DNA of 64,000 bases from Octopus sinensis (taxonomy: Eukaryota): assembly GCF_006345805.1 (NCBI RefSeq), contig NC_043023.1, positions 5,456,001 through 5,520,000 on the forward strand, written 5' to 3'. Below the pieces are notes generated by a model. It did no database searches. It saw nothing but the letters and a program-made list of their open reading frames with translations, and had not been told where the DNA came from. Shown here in pieces: positions 1-13,215 of this stretch (positions within the stretch are counted from its first letter, which is position 1; each line of letters opens with the position of its first letter). The position numbers and the translations under genes were made by a program.

Positions 1-749
1 CTCTCTCTTATTATTACTCCCACTGCCACCATCAACACTATTACTTTTAATAAAACATCATCAACTCTCCCTAAATTTCTTTGTCTCTTTCTCCCTCTGC
101 CTTCGCCACTGCCCTCACCATCTCTATGCCTACTATTGCTCTCACCCCAGCATGAGGAATAGTAGAAGTGTCATTGAATAGTGAAGGGGTCAAAGTGTGA
201 CACACTGACAAACAAAAATTAATTTTCGCATTTATTATATTAGATATACATATGAGAATATATAAAACGATATGCAATCTATCTGGGTGCCTTTTCAATA
301 CTTTGGTTTAAAAAGTCACGTCAGGTACAAGAGGTGATACATATGTGTGTGTGTCTTTGTGTCTGTTTGTCCCCCACCACTATTTGACAACTGGTGATGG
401 TGAAACACATTCCTGTAACTTAGTGGTTCAGCAAAAGGCGACTGAATAAGTAACAAGCTTTAAAAAAAGGGAAAAAAGTACTGGAGTCAATCCATTTTAC
501 TAGAAATTTTTCAAGGCTGTGTCCCAGCAAGATGGCCACACTAGTAAAAAAAAATAATTTTTAAATGCAGTAATAAAAATCATTAATTTCCACCCCTGCG
601 CCTCTCCTACTAGACAAACCACTTGGGTGTAATAAATTCTTCAAATATTTTGTGATATTTTAAAAACAAAAAAAAACCTGTCTACAGACAATGAATAGTG
701 GCACCCACCCACCCCACACACACAAAAAAAACAAGAGAATCAAAATCAT

Positions 750-1320
750 CATCATCATCATTGTTTAACGTCTGCTTTCTATGCTGGCATGGGTTGGACG
801 ATTTGACTGAGGACTGGCGAACCAGATGGCTGCACCAAGCTCCAGTCTGATCTGGCGGAGTTTCTGCAGCTGGATGCCCTTCCTAATGCCAACCATTCTG
901 AGAGTGTAGTGGGTGCTTTTACTTGCCACCAGCATGAGGGCCAGTCAGGCGGTACTGGCAGCGACCACGCTCAAATGGTGTTTTTTACGGGCCACCTGCA
1001 CAGTAGTCAGTCCAGCGGCACTGGCAACGACCTCGCTCAAATGTTTTTTCACGTGCCAGTCAGGCGACACTGGTAATGATCACACTCAAATGGTGCTTTT
1101 TATGTGCCACCAGCACGGAAGCCAGTTTGCTGCTCTGGCAACGATCACGCTCAGATGGTGCTCTTAGCGCCCCACTAGCACGGATGCCAGTCATCGAATT
1201 TGATTTCAATTTCGATTTCACTTGCCTCAACAGGTCTTCACAAGCAGAGTTTAGTGTCCAAATGAAGGAAAGGTACACATAAGTGAGTTCGTTACGCCCC
1301 TAGCATAGAAATATCCATAT
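750..1320 (-). mobile_element. 5'-truncated copy of RTE LINE 3' UTR
   Basis: Reverse complement of the 25852-26458 type tail: (CAT)n, ccatgctggcatgg, ggatgcccttcctaatgccaac, repeated tttta(c/t)gtgccacc. Confidence 0.85.
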
Positions 1321-1702
1321 TTGTATTTGTAATTCATTAATTTCCTGTTGATTTGTTCACTTTCATTAACATGTTAATTGTTATGTTAACCATAACTACA
1401 TCTCTAACCCCTTTGACCGTTGGTTTACAACAATATTTTGGTCATAATTATATTTCTTGATTGCTTTAATTAAAGAAGTCTTGCTGACATTTTATTTTAT
1501 TTGTTTATTATTTTTTGTTTTTATTTTGAAGTAACTTTAGGTGTGACTGCGCAGTTAAGAGGCTTTCGGGTTCAGTCCCACTGCATGGCACCTACTATAT
1601 TCTAGGACTAACCAAAGCTTTGTCATGTGTACATATATATTACACATACACACGCATATCTATATACATACACAGACGTTCAAATACACATACACACACA
1701 TA

Positions 1703-2030
1703 TAGGATATGGTGAATAAACTGTCATCTAAATTACGCAAAAATGAAAATAACACTGACATCTCATTTTAATAGATACATTTACCAAAATTACATAAAAA
1801 TATCTTGAAATACTAAAGAGTAAATTTATTCAATAAAATCACCATTGGCTTCAACAATGGCCTCTTGACGACTTCAGAATCTCCTGCGACTCTTCTGGAT
1901 GGTCTCCTTGTTTAAGTTGGTGAATGCTGCCATAATCCTTGCCTTCAGTTCATCTTTGGTGTTACAAGAAGTTTTGTTCGTCTCTAGCTCAACTGCACCC
2001 CACACATAATAATCAAAAGGGTTAAATCAT
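1703..2030 (-). mobile_element. Tc1/mariner-superfamily transposase C-terminal relic
   Basis: Minus strand reads DLNPFDYYVWGAVELETNKTSCNTKDELKARIMAAFTNLNKETIQKSRRRF*SRQEAIVEANGDFIE*, a typical (SP)DLNP.D..W catalytic region with an internal stop. Confidence 0.8.
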
Positions 2031-2529
2031 ATGACCGACATATGTTTCAATGGATACATTAAAATTTATCCAGGAGGAAAAACAATGTGGAATATCAATA
2101 TCATCAGGGAGGAGATTATAAATAACAGCGTTCATTAATAAGCCATTTTTACAGATGTAAGAAATTATATAATATATGAAAAACATAAGGTGGATAGAGA
2201 ATGCTAGTAATTTTAAAATAGTGTTCAGAAATTTAACGTCATAGGACGAGAGAGAAAGATAAAGTAAAAGGAGTTATGGAGGAATAAACAAAAAGTGAAT
2301 GACAAATGGGTAGAACTGATAAAGGGATGTATGGAATGAAAAGAATAAAGTGTAAGTTACAGATATTATTAGGCAAAGGGGGCAGATATTATTTGAAATA
2401 GCTAAAAGTGTGTTTTTTCTGATGTAAACACGTTCTTTATAGGTATTGATGTGTGTGTTTGGAAAAAAGGATAAATAGCTGTTCATCCGTACAAAGAGGG
2501 CAAAATGATTTGCCTTTATCATAGGGGAA

Positions 2530-5060
2530 TGATCTTGACCAAAAGTGTTAAATCTGAAAGTAATCCTCCTCCAAACCCAAGATCAAAACAGTTTGAAGCC
2601 GACCTCAGGTCTATTGTTAAGAATATTAAATTCCACCATTCCCTCTTAAGGAATTGATATTAGAGATATCTACATAATATTACCAAGGAAATTTACAGCA
2701 TGGAAAGTCTACTTGTTCAATTAGATAAAACTGGTAACGTGAATTACTTAAACATGGATTATTACCTAAAATTACTCAGGAAGAAAACACAAAATATACA
2801 CTACAAGACTATTAGTAAAAATGCTATCAGGAAAGCCAACCTGGAAGCTAAGAAAATTATGGAAAATGAAGGCTGAACCTTTAAATCCAAAGCAACCCCA
2901 TTTTATTTCAAAGAACCACAAACCTAGCTCCTTCAATAACCAAACTCTCTGTCTTATCTGTCCTTCCATCTCCAATATCAGTTTACTTAGCAATATTCTT
3001 GATAAGTACATTCTTACTTTAATGAAAAAGCTTAAACTCAACTTATGGTCTAATCCATTCCAGGTATTAGACTGGTTCAACTCTATTGATAATAAACTAA
3101 ACATTAAATTTATCCAGTTTGATGTTTATAGGTATTATTCCTCTATTAATCCCATCATCCTTAATAAAACCCTATGGTTTATGCATAATAAATCCGGCCT
3201 CACCTGAGATGAAATTAATGTTGTTTTAGCAGCTAGAAAATATATCAAATTTGATAATAAATTTTGGGTTCGAAAAGATAGACCTGATTGCTTTGATATG
3301 ACAATAGGAGCTAGCGACTCCGCCCAAGTTTTGGACCTGGTCGGTATTTATAATCTATCTGAAATGGCTGACCAATTCCCATATATCCTCGGTAATTATA
3401 TCATGACAGCAGTCTTCTTTACCTCCAAAATATCTCTAATCAAAAATTACATATTTTAAAAAATAATCTAATTGAATTCTTCAGCAATACAGGCCTAAGT
3501 ATTATCTTTGATGATGACAGAACAAAAGTTAATTTCCTTGACCTTCCACTCAAATCAAATACAGCTTTGTATTTCCCATACTACAAACCTGCAACCAATC
3601 TAAAGTATATCAATTTTTTAGCAATCATCCTACCAATACAACTAAAAATCTAGTTAAAAACATTTCATTTAGACTCTCTAAATTATCCGCTAATGTTAAC
3701 ATTTTAAATAATAATGCTGACTTCTATAATTCATCTTTATCAAAGGCAGGATATAAGGAGCAAATTAAGTATTACAACCTGCTTGATCCTAGTTTAACCT
3801 CTGATAATCAGGTTGATAGTAGTTGTACTAATAATAATAATAATAATAATACTCATAATGTTTCTTCCATAGATAACAATCTGATAATAATTTCTTAAAT
3901 CGAAATATTCAAAAAGCTAATCTTGGTAAATTTTAAAATAAACAGGCTAAGGGAGGTAACTATACTTATCCACTCCTGTAAAAAAAAAAAAAAAACTCCA
4001 GTTTTTTTGTTTTTTTAATGAGGAATCTTCCTATAAATTGCTTAACCCTAGAGTCAAGACTATTGAAAAGGTTGCAAGACGCAACGAAAATTTAAGGAAA
4101 ATAAAAATAAGAAATAAGTGGAAATTTCACTGGTGAGTGTGTTACATTATAAGGCACAAAAACAAAATGACAAAAAGAAAATTAGATTAAGTAAATAATT
4201 AAAAATAATCCCTCTCTACTTCCCGCAAGATTTAAATTACTGCAATAATTCGATGAAACAACGGAGAAGAAAGTTTACCACGTTTCTCTCTCTCTATATA
4301 TATATAAATATAAATTAGTCTGCGAATTATCCTACATTCAAAAACATAATATGTATGTACATATAAGTATGTGTAAATGGAAAAATATATATTTATATAT
4401 ATATATATATATTTGTGCATATATGTATGTGTGCATATGCATATATATACGTTCCTCGTGTATATGCAGATTAGTTTTGACATAACTGTAATACCTTTAT
4501 GATATATTGATTGTAAAATTACTATCCTCATAACTTTCAAAAATATCTGTTTATATATTATATTTTATATTATATCTATTATGAATAACAGAATACATCT
4601 AATATTAATAATATTAGTATTAACTTATTATTGTATATGCTTATAAATGCAAATATGTATGTATATTTCAGTATATATATAGGTATTTATGTCTATATAT
4701 ATAAGTATTCAAATGTGTGTGTATTTTATTTATTTTATATTATATTTATATTTATTTATAACTTAACATTATGTACTTTATAATCTCTGGCGAAGCCTAG
4801 AGATATACCCAAGTACCTCATTTTCATCTGAGTAATAAAGGTAGAATGAGGTACTTTTATCTATAGGCTGAAACAGCTGTAAGTTATTTTACCAATTTAT
4901 GTTCATGTTTTTTATTTTATAATAATTACTAGTATCCTTATATATATTTTATATTTTGTATGTAAAGCATAATATGTTATATGTATGTATATTATTGTAA
5001 TTATCAGTTTAGTAAATAAATAAATGAGTTAAAATAATATAATGTCTAAAAGTTGATGAA
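2530..5060 (+). mobile_element. Decayed Penelope-like element (RT remnant plus pLTR-like 3' region)
   Basis: LNLWSNPFQVLDWFNSIDNK..KFIQFDV..YYSSI and FDMTIGASDSAQVLDLVGIY (3292-3350) match Penelope RT motifs; stops and frameshifts; hammerhead motif at 4787. Confidence 0.8.
4781..4887 (+). ncRNA. Degenerate type I hammerhead ribozyme motif in Penelope pLTR
   Basis: CTGGCGA (4787-4793; canonical CTGANGA), long stem II AGCCTAGAGATA..TATCTATAGGCT, GAAA 4870-4873, palindromic stem III ACAGCTGT, H17=A. Confidence 0.6.
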
Positions 5061-5104
5061 CCACCTATCATCCCTCCATTTTCTTTTTGCTATATATATA
5101 TATA

Positions 5105-5440
5105 TCATCATCATCATCGTTTAACGTCCGTTCTCCATGCTGGCATGGGTTGGATGGTTCGACAGCGTTCTGGGAAGCCGGGAGGCTGCACCAGGCTCCA
5201 GTCTGATCTGGCAGTGTTTCTACAGCTGGATGCCCTTCCTAATGTCAACCACTCCGTGAGTGTAGTGGGTGCTTTTTACGTGCCACCCGCACAGGTGCCA
5301 GGTGAGGCTGGCAACGGCCACGGTCGGATTGGTGCATTTTACGTGCCACCAGCACGGAAGCCAGTCTAGGCAGCGCTGGCATCGGCCACCTTCAGATGGT
5401 GCTGTTTACGTGCCACCGGCTCAGGGATCACAACTGCAGT
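5105..5440 (-). mobile_element. RTE 3'-end copy
   Basis: Same (CAT)n-ccatgctggcatgg-ggatgcccttcc module. Confidence 0.85.
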
Positions 5441-6254
5441 TTACATACATGTATATGTATATATATATATATACATACATACATACATATATATATATAT
5501 AAATAAAACAGAAAATGGAGATAACATTGAGGAACAACAATTGACTTGTATCAATTATTATTTATTAATTATTTACAAAAAGACTATCCCATCTACAGCC
5601 GATGTTCTTTGGTATCTCCTTTATTGTGATAGAAATATATATATATATATCATAGTTGGTAATAAAACTGATTTGAAACATGGAGCTTCATCAGAGTGGA
5701 AAATAAAAGAGTAAATAAAAAGAAGAGACAAGAAAAGAAGAAGGAAAGGTTAAATATGGTGAGAATCAAGTCATGCTGTGTGTGTTTCTCCCTAGGACGC
5801 TGGTTCTGTGCTGTTTGTCCCTCCCACCATCGATTATCCCTTAGACAGTTATTTTAACCTCTAACTCATTCGCATATACAGATGTATATATATATGTGCG
5901 TGTGTGTGTGTGTTTATATATGAAAACAAATCTGAAAAGAATGACGGGGGTTGGAAGAGCAAGGGAAGCAACTCTTGCACTTTTTATATTTTTTTACCAT
6001 TCTTAGGAATTAGAAACGAAGTCCTAATTCTTGGTTGATTGCATCCAATGAAGGGAACAATGAGAGTTCAGCGGTCCCGTGACTATAGAAGTGTTTGGAA
6101 AATCAGTTGGGAAAGATTATGTTGAAAACAGCGGAAATGAAGCATTGTAAGGTGTTTCTGTTTTTCTAAAGCATATGCAGTAATGTACAAATGTCAGGGA
6201 AGTGAACAGTGTATGAGTCAGATACATGCTTGCATGTGTATGGAGGGGAGAAAA

Positions 6255-6656
6255 TCAGGTGTAGTGTTGGCGAATCTCAGGAAGCATGGAAGTTTTGAAG
6301 GATGCAGTGCTCCGACAACTAACAACTGATGCCGGCAGTTTGTTCCATGCTTCAGCAACTCTCAGCGTGAAAAAATGTTTCCAAAAGTCATGGGAGCTGT
6401 GCTGTTTTCTGACTTTGTAAATATGTCCACGAGTGTTAGACAGGTGGAGTTTGAAAAGGTGCACAGAGTTATTGTTAGTAAGATGGTTAATAATTTTATG
6501 GGTGTCTGCCAAGTCAGCTGCCAGACGTCAGAGTTTCAATGTGTCCATGCCCAGGGAAGTAAGGCGTTCAGGATATGGCAAATGCCTGATGGAGGGTATT
6601 CTCTTGGTTGCACGTCGCTGAACGGTTTCCAGACGAATGAAAGACGTTATCTATAG
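6255..6656 (-). mobile_element. CR1/L2-type LINE 3' coding relic
   Basis: RLETVQRRATKRIP..LPYPERL..*RLAADL..TRGHIYKV..HFFTLRVAEAWNKLP, a characteristic CR1-group C-terminus. Confidence 0.8.
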
Positions 6657-7004
6657 TTTTGTTGTTTCAGTATGTTGGTAAAGTTTTAATAAATCTTAAT
6701 TTGGTGACTTGAAAACAAATATAAAAACACTTTAGCTTTTATTTGTTAGTTTTACATCTGTTGTTGGACATATTGTAAAAGTCTTAACTGAGCATTATGA
6801 TAGTTAATTCACTAAGTGTATGCATTAAGTGACAGGTGAAAATTAATGAACAAAGTATTGAAATTCAGTTTCCTTCAGTAAACACATTCTCTCCCTCCCA
6901 ATCTCCCTGTCTCTCCACGACAGGCTTCTTTCAGTTTCACCATTCGTATCTACATTCCTGGCATCCAAATTATTCGATGATTCAATGATTCGCTAATGTC
7001 ACCA

Positions 7005-7200
7005 TCATCATCATTTAACGTCTGTTTTCTGTGCTAGCACAGGTTGGACGGTTCGACCGGGGTCTGGGAAGCCAGGAGGCTGCACCAGGCTCCAATCTGA
7101 TCTGGCAGAGTTTCTACAGCTGGATGCTCTTCCTAATGCCAACTGAGTGTAGTTGGTGCTTTTTACGTGCCACCGGCACAGGTATCACAACTACAATTTC
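7005..7200 (-). mobile_element. RTE 3'-end copy
   Basis: Same tail module. Confidence 0.8.
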
Positions 7201-7589
7201 CATTTGAATTTTTATTTTGATGTTGATGTAATTGACTCAATAGGTCTCCAAGCACAGCAGGTCGCCCTACGATCCAAGGTAAGCACAGGTTGTTCTGCAA
7301 TCCAATGTGTATATATAAAATTGATATAAACAGCAGTTTGCAATGTTTCACCAAAAATGAGTCACTAAATGTGACCAGGGTGTTAGGAAATACCTACATT
7401 GCTAGAAAGAAGAGCTAAACTGCTGTAATGCTGTAGTTTTAAAGCACATGAATGAAAGCATATTCACTAACAGAACCACAATCGTCTGAAAAGTGCAGAT
7501 AATTTTCCATCAGAAGCATATATTGTCATCATCATCATTTAACTGGCAGGGATGCAGGTGTGGTTGTGTAGTAAGAATATAAATAAAAA

Positions 7590-7835
7590 AATAAGTGCAC
7601 CCTTTTAAAGCCTAACCAGGCTCATGGGCCCAGTTTCCTGGTTTCTATGGCATATGTGTCCCCCAGCTGGACGGGACGTCAGTCCATCGCAGCGTTACAC
7701 ATTTTTTTCCAGCTGAGTGGACTGGAGCAACGGGAAATTAAGTGTTTTGCTCAAGAACACAACATGTCACCCGGTCCAGGAATTGAAACCACAATCTTAC
7801 AATCATGATGCTGACACCCTAACCACTAAGCCACA
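7590..7835 (-). mobile_element. tRNA-derived SINE (same family as 38683-38927)
   Basis: Head gtggcttagtggttagggtgtcagc (A box) and ggtttcaattcc (B box); close copy at 38683-38927. Confidence 0.75.
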
Positions 7836-8369
7836 GTAAGAATATATATAAGAGATATTTTCTTGGTCCACTTTGGATTCCCTTGATAATACTGTGTTTG
7901 CATATACTTTCAGACCTATTACTTTGGTATTTTATATCTTTTTCTGCACCTAAATATGTTGGCACAATAGAAACGATCATTTGTAATATATGGTGTGATC
8001 ATCAATTAACCCATAAAATGCTGGGATTTGGACTCACATAGCATGTGCTGCTGAACACATTTTATGAAAATAAGACCACCATGCACACATAAAAAACCAA
8101 AAAATAGTTAAAATATCTTCTTAGTATATAATGGTGGCAAGTTTTATATCATCAGAAAAGTCATTAGTTGAGCTTTTAGTCCTCTTGCATTCTGGGGGGT
8201 ATCAGAGTGTTTGAGTGACATTAAACCTCAACAAACGCATCTATCTGGGTCATAATCGTGGCCTGTCGACTTGCGTCTGATGGCCACGATCATGGACCAT
8301 CACGCTTTATGTGTTAACCCTTTCATTACTGTATTTATTTTGAGACGCTCTGTGTTTCTTTAAATATGC

Positions 8370-10010
8370 TAAAAGGTTAAACTGGTCAGATCCAACTCTA
8401 CAATATCATTTCTAGAAATTTGCAATCACATCATTGGAATCTCAAAGCTATGAGATAATGCAGGATCAATTCAAAACAATGGGAATACATAAGAATTACA
8501 TTTAATCTGAATGCTTGAGGGTTAAACTGGCCAGATCCAACCCCAATATTCTGTCTGTTTTATGTTCAAACTAGCCAAATCTGGTCTCTCACATCTATCC
8601 TAAAATGCCATTCTTAAAATAACCAGTCACATCATTGAAACCTCCAAGCTACAAGATGATGCTTGATTAATTCAGAACAATGTGGATAAATAAGCGTTAC
8701 ATTTGACAGAGTGACCTGAATGCCAGAGGGTTAAACCAGCTATACTCAACCTGCTTTGAAGGCCAGATCCAGCCTCTCATACCTAACCTTCAATGTCATT
8801 CTAAAAATAAACAATCGCATCATTGCAATCTCAGAGCTGCGAGATAATGCAGGATTAACTCCAAGCAATATGAATAAATAAGCTTTACACCTGAACAAGT
8901 AATGAGAATGCTGGAAGGTTAAACTGACCAGATCCAACCTCTCACACCTCTCATACAATGTCATTCTAAACTAATACAATCACATCACTGAAATCTCAAA
9001 GCTTTGAGATAACACAGGATTAATTCAAAACAATGTGGATAAACAAGCCTTACATTTGATAGAGTATTCTGAATACTGAAGGGTTAAACAGGCCATATTC
9101 AGACCAGATATTCTGTTTATGTTCAAACTGACCAGATCTAGCCTTTCACACCTACCCTACAGTGTCATTTTAAAAATAAACAATAGATGTGTAGCTTTGA
9201 GATAATGCAAGATTAATTCTAAACAATGTTAATAAATAAGAGGACCGTAAATCCTCGAGTATAGTCCGCCTTTGAGTATAATATGCTGGGGATTTTTAGG
9301 GGGCTGTACCTCTGAAAAACCTAAACCTGGTGTATAATACGCACCCCTTCTCTAACTTGAGTTGTGCGTAATTAAGCCAGCAGCACCTAGTCGAACAAAC
9401 ACTTCCACGCATGCGTAATACAATAATGGTGATGTTCTTAACTGTTATATGGGAATGTAAATATGTTTGCAAATTGTTTTTGTTACATGTTATTCTGTGT
9501 TCTGAATACTTTTGTTTTAATAAATGCTGCTTACTGCAAGTTATGGATGATTCTTTTATGGCTTCATTGCTTTCAGGCTTAGCTTAAGGTATTTTCGCGT
9601 CTGACATCACAAAATGCGTCTGAATAAACATTGCCGGACAACAAATAGAGACTCGGACATTGCTTAGAAAATATTTTTCATTTTTAACCTCGTGTATAGT
9701 ATGCACTTGGGATTTTGACCTTTAAATTTGGGGGAAAAAAATTCCGATTATACTCGAGGATTTACAGTTATCTGAATGTTAAAGGGCCAAAATATTCTCC
9801 TTGTTTTATGTCCAACTTGAGCAGATTCAGCCTTTCACACTTACCCTACAGTGTTATTTTTAAATAAACAATCCCATCGTGAAAATCTCACAACAAAACA
9901 ATGCATGATCAATTCAAATTAATGTGAATAAATAAGTATTGCATCTAACAGTGCAATCTGAACGCTGGAGGGTTGAACTGGGCCACGTTTGGCCTCTCAC
10001 ACCCACCCTA
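8370..10010. repeat. Degenerate tandem array of ~150-210 bp units ending in AGGGTTAA
   Basis: Repeated ggttaaactg(g/a)ccagatcc..tgtcattctaaa..gagataatgc..aattc at ~8373, 8518, 8728, 8915, 9080, 9780, 9967. Confidence 0.8.
9244..9768. mobile_element. MITE with 20-bp TIRs (Tc2/pogo-like), inserted in the tandem array
   Basis: accgtaaatcctcgagtata (9244-9263) vs tatactcgaggatttacagt (9749-9768), 19/20 inverted match; no ORF. Confidence 0.8.
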
Positions 10011-10089
10011 CATTCTGAGTAATCTAAATACGAAAGAGTAAAGAAAAAACAACAAAGAAAATAGATGTGTAGAGAATTTATCTCAGTAT

Positions 10090-10648
10090 ATATGTGTTCA
10101 TGTAAGCATTATATATATATATATATATATGCATGTATACATTGCATGTGTATGTATGTGTAATATATATATATATATGTGTGTGTATATATATATATAT
10201 TAGTTTTACAATAAAAACAAGAGAAGAACAGTTCAGGATGGTTCTGCTGTTATAAGTTCAATTCACACAGATTCTCTTTGTCCATTATCGTTATATATAT
10301 ATGTGTATATGTATATATATGTGTGTGTTTGCGTGTGTAGATAAATATACGTGTGTGTGTTGCCTCTGTATTATGAAATGAAGATCAGCCTGTAGGTACG
10401 TAAATGTATGTATATACATATATAAATGTGTGTGTTGTGGCGTGTATGTATAGATGGCTACAAACAGTTTATTGTTTTCCAGTTCTCGAGTGTGTAAAAT
10501 AAGTCTGTGGTTAATGGATGCAGGAGTTATGCATGTATGTATATTTCTTGCCCTACAGATATTTATTATTATATACATTCAATGGATTTGTACACATATG
10601 TGTATATATATATATATATATGTGTGTATATATATATATATATATGTG

Positions 10649-10691
<43 letters not shown>

Positions 10692-10884
10692 GTATATATA
10701 TATATAATATATGTATATATATGAGTGTGTGTGTATATGCATGTGTGTGTATGTATATATATATTACATACACACTCATATATATACACACACACACTTA
10801 AGCATACACATGTAGTGTCCATGAAATCCTGACGCACAAGAAATTTATCAACATTTTCTATATATTACATATATTATTAACATA

Positions 10885-10916
<32 letters not shown>

Positions 10917-10925
10917 GTACATATG

Positions 10926-10965
<40 letters not shown>

Positions 10966-10981
10966 GTGTGACATATTTATG

Positions 10982-11014
<33 letters not shown>

Positions 11015-11092
11015 CACGCACACCAATATATGTGCTTGTGAGTATATAATATAAATATTCACACACACAGAAAATCCATACATATACAAATA

Positions 11093-11142
<50 letters not shown>

Positions 11143-11220
11143 CGTGTGTATATATATATATATTGTATATATGTATGTATGCATGCATGTGTGTATATAT
11201 ATTGTGCTCTCACACACACA
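10090..11220. repeat. Compound (TA)n/(TG)n/(CA)n microsatellite field
   Basis: Directly visible; source of the YI/TH-rich ORFs. Confidence 0.95.
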
Positions 11221-12439
11221 CATATAAATTTACATATCCACACTGCTCTGGAAGCTGTGTGTAGTATGGGAGTGAAGCAGAGATGGGCATGGCGGCAGAT
11301 AGAAAACAAGATATATTGGTGGGGGTTCAACCCCTGGGACTTCTCGCCAGAAAAAGAAAAGAAATGTTTTTTTTTTCTGATTTAAGCACCAGGCCAGCAT
11401 TTTTGAGGGGAGGGAGGAGGGGGGAGTTAAGTCAATGCCACTATCCCTCTAGTGCTCGACCGGTCCTTTTTTTTTCTTTAATCAACCTCCACACACACCC
11501 ATCCCCACAAGAAAAAAAAAAAAAGGTGAAAGGCAAAGATGACCTTGGTTGTATTTGAACTTTCAGAATGCAAATGAGCCGGAACAAATATCACAAAGCA
11601 TTTTATCCGATGCTCCGAAAATTCAGTCGATCCACCATATTGAAGTTAATAATACAGGGAGGAAAAAAAAAAAAAAAAAAAAAGGGTTTTAAATTTTGGT
11701 ACGATTTTGAGGGGTGGGGCCAGTCGACTACATTGACACCCCACTCCTCTGCCAAGTGTAATAATTTCATATTCAGGGATGAAGGCCAGGAAATCTGGGA
11801 AAGTAGGACCCCAGAACTTTCGACTAGTATTTATCTTGATTTTTTTTTTTTATCCCACTTTCTGAACCCCAGAAAGATGAAAGTGTAAAGTTGAATCCAG
11901 CGGGGATTTGAACCTAGAGATATTGTCAAAAGGACTTTACTGAATGAAAACCAAATTTCCTGGCAATCTTTTTGGGTTTTTTTAAAAAAAAACACAAAAA
12001 AAAAATCTATTTCCTTTGTTTTATATGGGCCCATGATGGCAGCAGACTTGTAGGGTGGAGGTGGCAGAATCAGTGGTGGAGCAGGTGAGAGGGCAGAGAA
12101 AAATGGAGGTAGGACGCATTCAACGGAATTCACAACTCTCCTACCCATCCACCCAACTATTTACGCACACCTGTATGCAGCTGAATTATTTGGTTTACTG
12201 CCCTCCCAACCCCACCACCCTCGGGATGTTAAAAAAAAAGGGGCCAAATTGTTAAGTGTTGACCACAGTGGGATTTGATCCCATGACTTTGAAATGCACT
12301 TCTCTTACATTATGCGCCAGAAATTGTTAGTAATATTTGTTCCCACTTAGAACAAACCATATTGGGATAGGTAAACATTGGCTTTTGGTGCAATATGCAC
12401 GTTTATATCACGAGCAGGGAGACAAATTCCTGTAACCTC

Positions 12440-12510
12440 CAGCGCTGAGACCACCAGATCCCGTTATTTCAACCTTCATTGGTCTCATCAGTGATGGATG
12501 CTCCACCTCT
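12440..12510 (-). ncRNA. Type I hammerhead ribozyme motif, unit 1
   Basis: Minus strand CCAUCA-CUGAUGA-GACC-AAUGAA-GGUU-GAAA-U-AACGGG-AUC|UGGUGG; 6-bp stem I, 4-bp stem II, 2-bp stem III; predicted cut 12457/12456. Confidence 0.85.
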
Positions 12511-12804
12511 AGAGATAGCAGCGATTCATCTCCCCACAGTGATATATAGAATAACAATGCTACAACAGGCACTGGTATCGCAATTAGCCAGTGAGCTTGC
12601 TAAAAATATATATATTAGCAACAGAGGAAGTGTTAATACTGTGGGGTAATATTTATGCCCACTTAAATGTGGAGGCTCTGTTAGAACAGACTATACTGTG
12701 GTAGATACCATGAGAGAAACTCTCATATTGCCATTTGGTGCAAAATGCATTCTTGTTTATATATTTCTAGTGGGGAGATAAATACTTGCTACTTCTAGCA
12801 CTGA

Positions 12805-12875
12805 GAGAGAGAAACCACCAGATCATGTGATTTCAACCTTCATTAGTCTCATCAGTGATGGATGCTCCACCTCTA
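12805..12875 (-). ncRNA. Type I hammerhead ribozyme motif, unit 2
   Basis: CCAUCA-CUGAUGA-GACU-AAUGAA-GGUU-GAAA-U-CACAUG-AUC|UGGUGG; predicted cut 12821/12820. Confidence 0.83.
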
Positions 12876-13154
12876 GAGATAGTGGTTCATCTCCCCACCA
12901 GTGATATATAGAAAAATCAGTGGTACCAGAGCAGGCACTGGTGTTGTGATTAGCAAGTGAGCTTATTAAAAGGTACATATTAGCTATGGAGGCAGTGTTA
13001 ATACTGAGAGGTAATATTTATCCCCACTTAAACATGGATCTTCTCTGTTAGAACAAACTAGGCTATGTGAGAAACCCTCATATTGGCTTTTGGAGCAAAA
13101 TGCATGCTTGTTTATACTGCTAGTGAGGAGATAAATCCTTGTCACCTCCAGCAC

Positions 13155-13215
13155 CGAGACTACCAGATCACTTAATTTCTACCTTCCTTGTTTCATCAGT
13201 TATGGATGCCCATCC
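13155..13215 (-). ncRNA. Degenerate type I hammerhead motif, unit 3
   Basis: CUGAUGA..GAAA..AUC retained but stems I and II carry mismatches. Confidence 0.6.

Noticed and set aside
10291-11385. Many 70-120 aa ORFs rich in Y/I/T/H/C/V (also 14010-14511, 49450-50471, 56475-57981)
   Set aside because: Translations of (TA)n/(CA)n/(TG)n microsatellites, which lack stops in most frames.
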